From: Hyphochytrium catenoides
Taxonomy: Eukaryota; Protista; Hyphochytriomycota
Reading direction: 5' to 3'
NCBI GenBank assembly: GCA_900088475.1
Contig: FLMG01001412.1
Span: 1 to 45,833 of the forward strand
DNA: 45,833 nucleotides
Within the stretch, counting starts at the first letter, position 1; the number at the start of each line of letters is the position of its first letter. Shown in pieces: positions 12,101-24,555 of the stretch. The position numbers and the translations under genes are program-made. The notes beneath the pieces are model-generated. The model did not search any database, was not told the DNA's origin, and saw only the letters and a program-made list of their open reading frames with translations.

Positions 12101-14021
12101 AAGTCGCGTTTCCCATCTCTTTCATCGCGTCTTTTTATCGTCTTGCCCAAGGCCAGAGCTTCATTCTTCCGTCTCCCTCAACTGCCACATACTACTTTTA
12201 CTGTGAGCCACTCTTGTCTCACTTTGGGCAAGGACTGATGCTAGTGAGCCTAACTCCTTCCCTCCATTTGCTGTACTTATGCCACAGTTCTTCAAAACTA
12301 AAGTAGAAGTGCCCATCAATGGAAGAATAAGAGTCGGCTTTCCGTCAGGCTTCGGTCTCGGCCCTGCTCTTGCATTGACAGATTCTAATGTTGAAAATGC
12401 AGGAGTAAAACTTCGAATATTGGACGTGACAGGAAACAATGTGACGGTCTTGGTTCTTGGTGCTCCTCTTTCTGTCTCTTTGGGGTCGCAAGGCGTATCA
12501 TTCAAGCTGACAGACCTCACTAACACCGGCACGCTGGACACGGGAACCTTTATCATTCAGACAATGGATGAAGGTTTGAGTTCTACTTGGTCCAAGCACT
12601 TAGTAGACTTGCGTGCGTTCTTTCGCATATCCTTCTTCTTTCTTGTTCTCGCATGGTAGTTCTTTCCCACTTGCACTACACTTTTATTAGCACGACCTAT
12701 ATTGCTGACCGTGCTGCTTTAAATGCAATGTTCCCTCCACTACGTGGATGCGGCAGGTGGACGGTCTTTCGAAGAGTTGGTGAAGATTCCTGGTTTGGGC
12801 TGCGCCATGTTAAAAGATTGCAATCGGCATGGAGGTGATCATAGACTCTAAAATAGTCTTCCTTGTCTATCTTTTTTACAACCGCGCTGACTAAGTGTCT
12901 GACGATTGTGTGGCTAACCCTTCTCTGTCCACTTGCTGGGCTATGTCCAGCATGTACGACTCTCTCCCAGCAATGTGTCTGCGAAGACGGATGGGGAAGC
13001 CCTAATGACATCACGTACTATCGGTCTCCAGCCTGTGACCAGAGTATGTAAAGCTCTCTCCTCTACATAACCAAAGAACTGACTAATCCTTTTGTACGTG
13101 GTTTTCTTCGCTTTATCTCGATATCAGTGGTCTGCCCGCCTGGACGACCTTGGACAGATCGTCCCGCCAACGAGACGCAAGCTCATGCGTTGGCCGAGTG
13201 CAGCAACCANNNNNNNNNNNNNNNNNNNNNNNNNNNNNNNNNNNNNNNNNNNNNNNNNCTTAACGATCCTGCTGCAGAGTGACAGGAAAGTGCAGCTGCT
13301 TTACTGGCTTTCAAGGGATAGCTTGCGAGATAAGTGAGAACTGGCCTTGAACGTTGACCCTCCAGTAGTGGTGCCGGTGGTACATTTCTTATTCTTCCTT
13401 TTCCCCGGCTTTGTCAGAATCATGCCCCAATCAATGCTCGGGACACGGCGTTTGCACTTCTAGACGTTTTGCAGCCAAGTCTATAAGTTCTTATCAGCTT
13501 GCTCTCATTAGCCCTGACTTCAAGTCCTTTGTAACCCCTCCGGTAAGCGACTGATGGTTTGGCTCTCAGGGTTAATCATTTACTCTTGCCATGAATAGGA
13601 CGAAGACGCAGTCTGGGAGAGTAGCAATCAGGTCTATGGCTGCGTGTGTGACTCTTCATGGGAGGTAGGTCTAGGACCCGGTCAAGTCCAGGGTGCCGAA
13701 TGGTTCGGTCCCGATTGCTCCCTCAGTAAGTCACAATTCTTGTTTGGCCTTGGACGACGGTGATTAAAGCACGGTCTGATAGGGCGTTGTCCAAGTGGAG
13801 ATGATCCATTGACCCCAGAGATCAACGAGACAGATTGCGCTGGAGTTGAGGGCCCAGGAGATGCTGGAACTGGAGCTCCTGGCAATCTTTGCCATGTCGA
13901 CTGCTCAAATCGCGGCGTATGCAACCATAAGACTGGCATGTGTGAGTGTTTCGAGGGCTATGATGGTCACAACTGTGGACGGCAGGATGTTCTTGCCAAA
14001 AAGCGAAGATGGCGGGTCTAA
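9106..14021 (+). CDS. Large secreted protein: S/T-rich beta-sandwich-like repeats plus a C-terminal mastigoneme-type (Ocm1/SIG-like) EGF/Cys-rich module
   Basis: Signal peptide [21 protein letters not shown]. Repeats such as [40 protein letters not shown] and [18 protein letters not shown]. In-frame splicing continues into DCNRHG|[84 protein letters not shown]|[11 protein letters not shown] and [28 protein letters not shown]. The gene spans an N-gap. Confidence 0.8.
13210..13258. other. Assembly gap (N run)
   Basis: Run of n inside the EGF-module gene. Confidence 1.
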
Positions 14022-14039
14022 TACGGTGGACTTTCCCGC

Positions 14040-14985
14040 AAATTCACACCGCGAGTTAGGGTTCCTAACGAAGACGGACCTGTTGGTGAGCCTGCCCCTC
14101 CCGGAGGAATGGTGTGAATGCATACATGATGACCGCCTGTGACGATGGTGATAGCCGTACCTGAGCAAGGGAAGATCCCTTAGCTCTTACCGAGGTCGAA
14201 TCTTCTTTAGTCGAAAGAGATAGGGACGAGATCCGTCAAGCAGAGGCACTGAGCACACGTAGACAGAAGAAGGAGATTTCCAAGATCTTCGGCTTTTGGT
14301 TCCATCATCTTTCAAAGAATATCTTTCGAGCTCTTTCCGCCTCTGAAAGATCTTGTCCGTTACAAATGCTGCATTCGATCCATAGATCAATGAATTAGAT
14401 TATCAATCACAATCTTCTCGAAGCTTCGACTTTGCAACGAAATCTTTCTGGAAAGGTCTAGAACAAGTAGAAGTTTGAGGAAAGAAACAATAATTCATAA
14501 AGAACGAATCTTTCATTGTCCGAAACTAAAACTGTTCGCAAAGACACGCCACAACTCTCTTACTACTACCTCCATCACTACTAAACATACAGACTAACCC
14601 CCAGAGAAGGCAGCATACTACTATGGGCGATCCCGCTTGCAAGGAAACGGCGAACACTTTGGCAAGAAAAAGAAAGGGAAGATCTTCATCCTCATTGTTC
14701 CTATCGTATAGCAAGTAATACAGGGCTTCACATTCATCGGCTGCCACAGCTTCATTGCTGCTCAGTAAGGTCAAATGTTCGGGCTTTGGCGGTAGCTTTG
14801 TGATGAGAAGCTTCTCATTGACTGACTGGACGCTTGTGCTAGATGCAGTGAACCTAACTCTCTGTCTGAGGGATTACCGGTTATCTTGATATTATCCAAA
14901 GCGCGTAATAGGCAGGACTCCCAGACCAACGAATCGCAGCAGACTCAGTGACAAGAGCAGGAAGACAAGTCGCCATAAGGTCATA
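14040..14985 (-). CDS. Hypothetical protein, possibly with a signal peptide
   Basis: MTLWRLVFLLLSLSLLRFV-like start near 14985, open segments ..LITKLPPKPEHLTLLSSNEAVAADECEALYYLLYD.. and FVTDKIFQRRKELERY, with plausible splice sites. Ends are uncertain. Confidence 0.35.
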
Positions 14986-15058
14986 CTATTGAGTGACTTA
15001 GAGAAGCGACAGAAGAGCTCATTCTTGGACCTCACGCATTATCTTCCTTTGGCGAAAG

Positions 15059-16253
15059 ATGGGAAGAGACTTTTATAAAATCCTTGGCGTCGACCGTAAC
15101 GCCTCCAGCGAGGACCTGAAGAAAGCGTACCGGAAGCTGGCTCTGAAATGGCATCCAGGTAAGCATTCAGCCTACGCAATAAGTCGTTTTTTAGACTCAG
15201 CTAGGACCTAACCTTCTTCCAATTGCAGATAAGAACCCTGACAACCAGGAAGAGGCACAGAAGAGATTTCAAGAGATTAGCGAAGCCTACGATGTTCTGA
15301 CAGACAAACAAAAGAGAGCGATCTACGATCAGTTTGGCGAAGAGGGACTAAAAGGTGGTGCTCCAGAGACTGGAGACAGTCCTGAGATGGATGGATTTGG
15401 TGGTGGCAGAATGCCCAGAGGATTCCACTATACCTCCGTAGACCCACGTAAGATTTTCGAGCAGTTCTTTGGGACTTCGAACCCTATGGAAGCCGAGGAC
15501 ATCTTTGGCTTCAGCGGGCCCTCGTTCTTCACAGGCACTCGAGGAGGCCGTGGCGGCGGTCCTGGCTTTACGACGTTTCAGACCTCATTTGATGGCATGG
15601 ATGGTATGAGGGGAATGGGAGGCATGGGAGGAATGGGCCGTAGAAGCAACTTTGGTATGGGCAACATGGGAGGTATGGACGGTATGGGGAGGCCTGGCAA
15701 GCCCGAACCAGTCATTCGTACTTTCCAGTGCTCGTTAGAAGAGTTGCTAACAGGCACAACGAAGAGGATGAAAGTAACGAAGAACGTCATAGACGCAAGC
15801 TCTGGCCGGTCCCTGCCGGTTGAGAAGATACTCGAGATCCAGGTCAAGCCAGGGTGGAAAACTGGTACTAAAATAACTTTTGAGGAGGAAGGCGACGAGA
15901 GGCCAGGAGAGAGACCTGCAGACATTGTCTTTGTCCTGGAGGAGAAGCCTCATCCACGATTTAGGCGGGATGGCAGCGATCTCGTCTACAAGGCACGGGT
16001 CACATTGGCTCAAGCGCTGACAGGCTTCAACCTTAGATTAACTCTGCTGGACAACCGTGAGCTGGACCTCAGAATAGACGACGTTATCACTCCTCAGGCC
16101 GTGAAAATTGTCAAAGGGGAGGGCATGCCGCACCAGAAGAATCTCCAGAGGCGTGGAGATCTGCGGATAGAGTTTGATGTCAAGTTCCCGACACGACTCA
16201 CACAAAGCCAGAAAGACCAAGTTAACATGGCTCTCCGCGGTGCAGTGTATTAG
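15059..16253 (+). CDS. DNAJB: Class B (type II) J-domain protein / Hsp40, Sis1/DNAJB1-like
   Basis: [24 protein letters not shown]|[25 protein letters not shown], with intron 15159-15228 splitting the HPD motif. G/F and G/M regions follow, then the C-terminal domains ([47 protein letters not shown]). No zinc finger. Confidence 0.97.
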
Positions 16254-16451
16254 TGTGTACATAGTCAATTTACCGTCCTATGTCAAAGCTCTTTCCACCG
16301 AGAACGGGCTAGAGAGAAAGAGTATGAAGAGAAAGAGCTACAATTGATTGCTCAGGCATTTTGTGCAATAACAGCCGGAGGATCGTTGTGCTAATGGTAC
16401 AATTCTTAGTTACAAAATTAGCAGGACACCATATCCATCATCCACTCTTGC

Positions 16452-18449
16452 TCAGAGCTTGAACTCTATGGACTTCATGCCAAGAAGCTCCATAAGCATT
16501 TCCCTATAGTTCCATACAATAACTAACTGATAAATTTGCTCGCCCTTGAAGGTGACATAGGATCTCCCTGGTATGGATATCTGTGAAGGGCGATCGGCGG
16601 ACAATGTTAGTTGGATTATGCTTAGGACCCAGCTATAGTTTCTACTCTTCAGGCTTTGTACCTGCTTCTTTCGTGCTGGAATGCCATACAAAGGTTCAAC
16701 TTGTGTGCCGCTGAAGGTCCAGCTTACCTTGAACTAGGGAATGACGTTAGCACTTGTCTACCTCTTAGCAATGTAGAAATAAACTGTCAATACCTTCTCT
16801 CCTGCCGCATCCTCCTCCTGGATATCATAGTCCAGCATGATCCCATCCGGAAACGCGCTTATTAAGCTTGACCTAGGGAAAATACGACATCACTAGCTGC
16901 ACAACCACGGTGCAGGAAAAACGCCAAGGATGATAAAGGAAGAGAAAAAGAAAGGTACCAAAGATGGCAACTGAGGGAGATGGATTCAAATGGACGGGAA
17001 ACGAGAGACGCGAAGAGAGATAGGAGATAGAAACACTGAAGAAATCCGCCAAACCGACTCATGTAGGGACAAAAAGGAGTGAAGTCGATCGTTCAGCACA
17101 AGGCGACCCTAGGACTTACCAATAAGCCATTATTTCCCCTCTACCCTTGAGCTCTCGCGAAAGATCAGGGTTGATGAGCGTTGCTTCTGGATGATAGACC
17201 TAACGCATTGACAAGAGTGAGCGGATAAGCCTTTTGGTTAGTCCAGACAGATAGATGGCGCTCATACAAGAGAGAAGTCTGAACAGAGAGGCATTGACAT
17301 GAAGCAGAACCGGAGCGAACCAGTGATCGTGTTAGGTTCAACTTTACCTCTCCAGATATCTCTTCCATGTCTTCAAGGCCGCCAATGTTCCATGCCTCCC
17401 AAATACTTTGCAATGTTTCTCGTCTCTTTCGTAAGAGCTCCTCCTTCTCAAGCATCTCCTTCATCAACGCATCGTCGTTATCGCTATCCACATCCGTTGT
17501 ATCCTCAGAATGGCGTGATCGCCTGTCCCAGCGCACGACAGTCAGACAAGGACAAACGAGGTATGGTCGAGCTTAAACAAGAACGACCCACCCTCTCCCA
17601 ACCTTCCAATCCACACCACCTCTTAGAAGAAGAAAAGGACAGCGGGCCATGAGCGACGCCCAACATTACGATAGGGAAATGCTAAAAGGAGCCAGCTTAG
17701 TGCGGCTATGGGAACTGTCGCAGCGAGCTGGACGAGGATGCAAAACGAAGGCACTGGAGCGAACAAGCGAAGAGTGCAGTTGTGACCTAAGAGTTAACAA
17801 GCAATAGTGCGGCTTGCACCATGATCCGCCAGTGCCAAGTCACCAGTGCTTACTTGCGGACATGCTTCTTATATTGTGTCAGCCTGAGCTTCTTCTCTAG
17901 CTCTGATTTTTGTTGAGCTAGCCTATATGCGATCTCTTTCATCTGCTCCAGGTCCTCATCCTTTCTGCTTGTACGGCGACCAGGAGCTTTGGCACTGAAA
18001 GGGAACACAACCAGTTAGAGGAGAGTGGTTTGAACTTCCGCATTGCACAACGGCGATTGAGTGCGTCGCTTGATCTCCTACCTTTTCGCGCCCTTCGGAG
18101 CCTTCACCTTGACCCTAGTTTTCTTTGTCGTAGCTGTGGTTGCCCTGATCTCGCTATCGGCTGGCGTCACAGGGGAACCTGGAGGTCCTGCCTTCTGAAT
18201 CTCGAGCTGCGGGCTTTCATGGAACCCCTGATCGGTAGCAATAATGGATTCTTCTGATATTGTTATTGTTGAGAGTGCTCCAAGGTCAGGAATAGCTCCA
18301 ACGTCCAAGTTCGAAACACCCAGTGGCCAGTCTAGAGGCCCTGCTTCTTCCGCTCCCAGAAGCCAAGAGGGATCCAGTTCATCCTCCGGTAAACCAACAA
18401 GCTTATCCAAAGCATCAAAGGACGCCTTCTCCCGCTTGATGGGATCCAT
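16452..18449 (-). CDS. SnoaL-like (ester cyclase, NTF2-fold) domain protein with a long acidic/basic/coiled-coil N-terminus
   Basis: Spliced C-terminus: LQSIWEAWNIGGLEDMEEISGE|VYHPEATLINPDLSRELKGRGEIMAYW|SSLISAFPDGIMLDYDIQEEDAAGEK|FKVSWTFSGTQVEPLYGIPARKKQ|ISIPGRSYVTFKGEQIYQLVIVWNYREMLMELLG. This fits the ester-cyclase pattern (AFPD, WTxxGT, GIPxxxK, W..L.xLG). Upstream exons join in frame to ATG 18449; the junction near 17750 is less certain. Confidence 0.75.
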
Positions 18450-18586
18450 CTGTCGTTGTAACTATGCTACGCTAAACACTCGGCAATAACGTTTTCGTAC
18501 ACGGTGCACCAACACCTCATCAACTAGACGCAACTCTTTCCTCAACCAGAAGCAACCTCTGAAGCTCCTTTTCGAGAGACGAAGTT

Positions 18587-20444
18587 ATGAGCTGCAGAAG
18601 AGAGTTGCTAGGGCCTGGCACCGGCCACAGAGATCATCGGCCCTCAAGGAAAGCTTCTCCTTTGCTGACGGCTCCCTTCTCGTGCTGCCAATTTCAATGG
18701 CACGAGGGAGGACAACCAACAAGGCTCCATCATGCAGGTCAAGAAACAAGAAACTTCACAACCCGTCCACAAGGGGGAAAGAGGTCAATTATAACCCCAA
18801 GCTGTAAATTTCTCATGTGAATTATGGCAAGGTTGAAGTTAGGCTAACACAAATGAGGGAGCATCGGTGATTTCTGAGTTAAATTGACAATTAAATTTTT
18901 TCATTTTTCGACCTCTGTGTTTAACCGCGAGATTGACAATGGGGGCAGTTGAGGAGTGATGAACACTGCAGCTTTTCTTGTTCAGGGAACGGAAGGAAGA
19001 TGACATCGTACGACCAGCAGCGGATGATGGAGACAGCAGAAGACAGCAGCATGGATAACCACGTCTTTCTTCAGAATGGATCAGACATTGCCTTTTCATG
19101 CGACAGTGACGATGTTCTGAGGGGAAGTTCCTTAAGAGTGAAAGAGAAGAGCGTGGTGGTGGAAGGATGTGGACGGATCTGATGTGGACGGATCTGAGTC
19201 CCTTCTCAAGTTCCTGGGTTGGTTTGTTGTCCTCTGTTTCCCTTCCTCAACCAGGAGGACGTCTATACACAGACACCGGCATCTGTGCCTACCGGCTGCC
19301 CACTCTGGCAGACTAACTTTTAAGGTAGATGAAGGTACACCTCCCTCTTCAGCTCGCCCCAGGGACAGTAGGGAGTAGTCTTCCCTTCCTTCAGCTTCAC
19401 GGTTCCCGCTCCTACGGTTATCAACCACAGCTGCAAGATATCTAGGCAGCGTCTTGACCGTTAAGCATGGAGCTACTCAATGGTACTAAGCCTCCTCTGC
19501 ATGATTTGGTGTTGGACACAACATAGCAGGATTAGCTCGTTCATGACAGGCTGCAGGGGATTAACTCATACTTGTAAGGCGATGGTACACGCACATGCAA
19601 CATTATCTAAATACTCAAAGAAGCTGGGGGATAAGCAGATCATTATCTACGACCGCTAGGTGGAGAGTTTGATATGAGAGAACTGTGGGAGAGTAAGAGA
19701 TGTCTTCTGGAGGGTGCGAGGTTGTTCTTTCAATCTGCTTGGAGAAGCAAGAGCACCTGTTAAGTAGGTTCTTGAATCTTGATGCGTGGCATCAGCGCTT
19801 CCAGAGCTACGACAGGACAGTCCCTCAGAAAATCCGCGAAGCAATGAAGCTTCAGACAACAAGAGAGTCCTCCCACTCCCGGTGCCTCTGGTGTTTCACC
19901 TTCTCCAGCATCTACTCTAGAAGTACTTCAACTGTATAAGGGCAAAGTAAGAAGAATGATCTCGTTCGTTCTTCGATGGACTAATTGGAGTGCCCGACCT
20001 CTACGGGGTTTGAATGACTACAGAGAGAAGTGCTTGCCGGGCGTTTGAGTAAGCTGCTCCCGGTTTCTGTCTCACGATAATGTCCTTCTTGCTCTTTTCC
20101 ATTCAGCTAGTGCTCCTTATGTCGCTGACCTATCTAAGGAAGACAGGGCGGAGTGGCTTGCCCAACACGGACGATGATGACTAGGTATTCACCTCTGTAG
20201 TAGGTCATGGTCGGGGTGAACGAAACGACTCTTCATGACAAGCGAATGCGTCTCATATTACGCTGTTTCCTTCTTCACCGTCAGAGAAGCTGCAACCCAA
20301 GCCGCCGCACCGCAGGGTGATAATGAGCGCATAGACTTCGAGGAATTGTTTGATGAATCTGTACGAGGAAGCACCGAGCGAGGGGGAGGAGGAAGGAAGG
20401 TGATGGATGTTGTTGATGGGATGATGAGATCAGAAGATGTGTGA
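18587..20444 (+). CDS. Hypothetical multi-exon protein
   Basis: A partial in-frame chain can be built: ARYLGSVLTVKHGATQW|ISSFMTG..|GEFDMRELWESKRCLLEGAR|FLNLDAWHQRFQSYDRTVPQKIREAMK. A possible last exon is DNERIDFEELFDE. Termini are uncertain. Confidence 0.3.
19166..19195. repeat. 15-bp perfect tandem duplication (gatgtggacggatct x2)
   Basis: Visible directly. Confidence 0.9.
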
Positions 20445-20931
20445 GTCTTAGTTTCGGATGCTGCCCATCCAAACCATGCATCCACGATTTATTTCGGTCA
20501 ATATTTCCGTTAGAGGCAAATTTACCTCTACCTTCATACAGCCATCCTGACTTATCTTGGATAAATTTCGGCCTTGCATCAATGATGTAGTTTTGGGGGA
20601 GAAGCGAAAATTTTGCATGATGGCTGCGAACGGGACTTAGGCTCACTTTCCCCGGAGTGTGAGTTAGTTGGTCAGCATGAGTTATCAGTATTATAGTTAG
20701 CGCTTATGAGGCAGTGGGCTAGAGGAAGCATTGTGTTTGCCGATATTCGCATCTCTTCAAGGCGGACGACGGCGGACAGTTCCGACTCTAGAGGAAGTGG
20801 TCCTTCAAGCTCGTAACACTAGCCCGAGCCGCTATGGCTGCGAGGGCGTGCAGATGATGTTGATCGGCAAGAGGAGGAAGTAAAGTCAGGATTGGTGGAT
20901 TAAGGCTCAAGTTTGACATGCGCTACATCTT

Positions 20932-20990
20932 NNNNNNNNNNNNNNNNNNNNNNNNNNNNNNNNNNNNNNNNNNNNNNNNNNNNNNNNNNN
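20932..20990. other. Assembly gap (N run)
   Basis: Run of n. Confidence 1.
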
Positions 20991-21074
20991 TGTCTGCATA
21001 AGGGACAGCCTCGCTTGCGGGCTTTCGACCTTGACCCGTGAAGTCTGGATTCTGGGCCAGCCTCGGTAGGTGCC

Positions 21075-22797
21075 ATGCGTACGCATGGCTTTGAGAGGCC
21101 GTTAGATAGGTTGCAGGTGAGTCTTTCAAGCCTTGATAGCTCTGTCAATGCTTTACAGAGTTCATGTATTACTGCAGATTGGCACATGGTTATTGCTCCC
21201 GCTGCTCGTAGTGGGCTTCTACGTCTTCGCAGTCCCGGTCCTTCCCTTAGGCTGGGCGATCGCCACAGGCATCGTAAGTTGATCTCTTGTGTACGAGTCT
21301 CTGTTGTCTCTTACTGTTCGCTGCTAGTTCTTTGGTACAGCCGTTATATGTACGATAGCCGCTGCGTACCTGTGCACAATAGCAGAAGCCGCAGACAAAG
21401 CGGTAGCGGAAGTGGTGAGTAGTTCGCTTGTAATATAATTGCTTCGGATCGTCCTGCAGCGACTCCCCTACTACACTATACCTCGTTCTGGTGGTGTACT
21501 TTCCGCGGCTTGCCATGGCACACTTGTCTGATGTCTTCGTGTTGCCTTGAAGAGAGGGTCCCGGCGCAGCTTGAACGTGAGTCCAGCACAGGGCTCTGCT
21601 GATACTGTTTACTGTCATGTGTGCTCAAGTTATGTGTAAGTGGAGTCCTCTGATTACCTGGAAGCCATGACCCTTGCTCTAAAGGCTAGGCTTTCTTAGA
21701 CACAAGAGTAGCAAGCACTGCCGCCTTTGCGACAAGTGCGTGCATGGCTTTGATCACCACTGCAAATGGCTGAACAACTGTATTGGGACCTACAATTATA
21801 GGTAAACCACAATGATTGATCGTCTGCTCGAGCGTCCGCAGAAGCTGACTTGGGTCACATTGTAGATACTTCCTGGTCACCGTGGCGTCCGTTATTGCGC
21901 TCTGCCTCTGTCATGGAGCGGTAGAAGTATATATTTTGGTCTGGGTTCTTGTACAGTCGGATGAAGCTGACAGCAAAGGTTTGATGCTGGAGAGCAAACT
22001 CTGTCTCTTCGACTGGTTAGACTTATCCCCTTTGACCTACAGTCAACGATCTATTCGGCTGGTCTTCGGCGAAGCCGTTACTAGGCATCACGATTGGTTA
22101 TATAGCGGTCCTTCTGCCGTGCTGCATTATGGTTTTACAGTTGGGAGGTTTCCATGTCATGCTAGGTGAGTCTCATCTCAACCGTTTACGGCTCATTAAG
22201 CATCCTCATGCAAACTTCACCGTGTACAGTGTATAAGGGAATGACCACATACGACTTCATCGTGGCTCAAAGGAGAGGAAGGCAACGACGTGCGAGGGAA
22301 AGACAGGTATGAGAGCTGCTCAGCACCTAATCGTCATTCCTTTTGATCGTAAGACAATATGCCCGTTATTGACCGCCCATTGTGTTGCAACCACTTAGGC
22401 GCAAGCTAGAGAGTCGACAGTTCTCTGCCGACCCTGTGAGGCAGATTCCGAGACACGAGTTCATACGCGACAAGACAAGCCCCCAGAGTCTGAGGTGCAA
22501 ACCTCGCATTCTTCCTTACGCTGCTGTGTATCGTGCTAAACTAGACATTTCCAGGGGGTGCGAAATATTGGGCCGAAACAACCTACAGAGCTCTCTCCTG
22601 CCCAGCTGGAGACCGGCCAGGATGCTCAGGACAAGGGGGACCCTGATACTGAATATTCGTCCATCAGGTCACCAGGTAAGACCTTTGCCGTTGGCGTTGT
22701 ATTAGGATAGACAGCATCGACTTACGCCATATGTATAGATGCTGAGGGAGAAAAGGCTGGAATTGCAGACACAACGGACCTTCAGCTGAGGAGCTAA
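21075..22797 (+). CDS. DHHC-type palmitoyltransferase (ZDHHC1/11-like N-terminus)
   Basis: [14 protein letters not shown]| followed by TM exons, then YCHVCSSYV|[34 protein letters not shown]|YF (DHHC at 21752-21763) and FHVML|[11 protein letters not shown] (TTxE-like). Stop TAA at 22795-22797. Confidence 0.93.
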
Positions 22798-23026
22798 ATT
22801 GTATCAGGATACATATTGCATAGTTAGCTATGGCTGGCTGATTATTTGTTAGGAAGCTGTACCATACAATCTAGGCAACCAGCACAGACGCAACGTCTAC
22901 ATTGGCTTGCAAAATAGACGCATAAAAAAGGTGGAGGAACTACAGAGCAAGTAGTGCCTAAAAGAAAGGATTCAGATATGAGATAGCTATATAGCCAGCC
23001 GCGCTAGATGGACAGGGGACTGCTTG

Positions 23027-23788
23027 TTAGCTGCATTTGGTGGTATACCTAACGTCCAAATGGCTAACACCATATCGAAGATAAAGATTCGCCTTATCTC
23101 CTCGAAGCTCAACTAAGCGCTGAGCATCTAAAGTGCCAATCTCATGAAACGCAACAGCGGTAAGAAGATGCCACATCGCGTGAAGTTGCGGATTAAAAGG
23201 CAACTTCTTGATAACCATGTTGCAGCCAAAGAGGTCCAAAGCCCATAAGGAGAAAGCGGATATGCTGATCACGATAATACGCCAGACATGTCTAGCAACA
23301 ACCGCAGAAGTTTTGTTGTTCAGGAAGAAGTGTCTATAAGAGATGCCCAGAGCCACAAAGAGAAGGTGCACCTCACAGAAGATCATCGAGATGACTATTA
23401 TCAGCATAGCGGACATCATGATATGAGCAAGCATCACCCATACTGAGAGTTTTGAGTGCATATAGAGCAGAGATACAAGGGCGGCAGTTTCCACCACTTC
23501 ATCAGCCTTTTGACCCCACCACCAGAGCGTTGCATGGAAAAACGCCGAAGCGATGCCGAGGAAGAGTAGAAGGCACCCAAAGAAGTAGTATTTGGTGCCC
23601 AACCGGTACCTCTTGGCACGTCTCAGGGCAGATATGCTTACCAACACGTAGGCGAGGTTTGATAAGGTGTTCCAAAACTCGGCAACAAAGTGTGACTCCT
23701 GATAGTCTTCCTCACACCAGTTAAGAGGTGCATTCGGCTTACCCCAGAAGCCTCGTAAGCCGACGCTTGGTATATGAGTGTGCGACAT
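23027..23788 (-). CDS. Alkaline ceramidase (ACER/YPC1, CREST family), intronless
   Basis: GFWGKPNAPLNWCEEDY..AEFWNTLSN, SAFFHAT, KADE and QLHAMWH motifs with multiple hydrophobic segments. The first ATG is at 23788; the ORF-track start at 23893 is GTG. Confidence 0.93.
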   Translation of the reverse strand: MSHTHIPSVGLRGFWGKPNAPLNWCEEDYQESHFVAEFWNTLSNLAYVLVSISALRRAKRYRLGTKYYFFGCLLLFLGIASAFFHATLWWWGQKADEVVETAALVSLLYMHSKLSVWVMLAHIMMSAMLIIVISMIFCEVHLLFVALGISYRHFFLNNKTSAVVARHVWRIIVISISAFSLWALDLFGCNMVIKKLPFNPQLHAMWHLLTAVAFHEIGTLDAQRLVELRGDKANLYLRYGVSHLDVRYTTKCS

Positions 23789-24555
23789 TTTTGCGGTACT
23801 AGATGGCGTTGGGGTTTGGTGCCCGAAAGAGATTGTCTTCACCCCAACCAAAGGGTATGGTGAGCTTCCAGACTGGTTAGCAGCTATGGCCACCTCTTGC
23901 TCGGGAAAGAGAGCACCTGAAGGAGTCCTCCAAACACAATAACAGCAGATACTCCGACTTAAGTCCTCGCCCTGCAGGTTGTCAGTAGTACAGACTCTAG
24001 CTTCCTGTCGGGAGGACCTTCAGTACGCAGAACAGAGACTTCCGGAGAATGGGAAGGTAGGAGAGCTTCGTGCCCGTTCAGTTCTCCCCTCAGGTCTGTC
24101 CCGCTGTCAGTGGCTCCCTTCTCTCTTCCTTCCTCACTGTCCTCCGTCAAGGCGCAGCCGTATATTCACCCGTCGTCACGTTTCATCCACCGCCTCATCA
24201 GCAACAAGCAAGGAGGCCACTGGCCACTGCCGTCGGTGCTGCTGCTCCCAACAACCGCCAGTCAGCCGAAAGGAAGCGGAACAGTGATTCACAGCCTTTC
24301 TCCATCAACTCCATAGTTCTAGATGACTTGTCCGTTGTGGTGACCACTCTGTCTTCCTCCATCCTTCCCTTCGTCGTTTCTCCCTCTAAGTTCCTCTTCC
24401 CATGTTTCTTGCTCTGTCTCGTCACGTCTCCTCCTCTCTCGTCAATCTGTTTCTGCATAGTGTAAAGGTTTTATCCTGGGAACAGCAGGGTAGTTTCCCC
24501 CATTATCTACCTCTTCAGATTCTGTCTTGGTTTGTATTCTTCCCCGTCGTCCTCA

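Noticed and set aside
15578-16013. Antisense ORFs over DnaJ (also over CNNM, the F-box gene and RPL26)
   Set aside because: These are shadow ORFs of strongly supported genes on the opposite strand.
20900-21187. Minus-strand ORFs spanning the N-gap
   Set aside because: They stay open partly because of the Ns, and they overlap the DHHC first exon in antisense.
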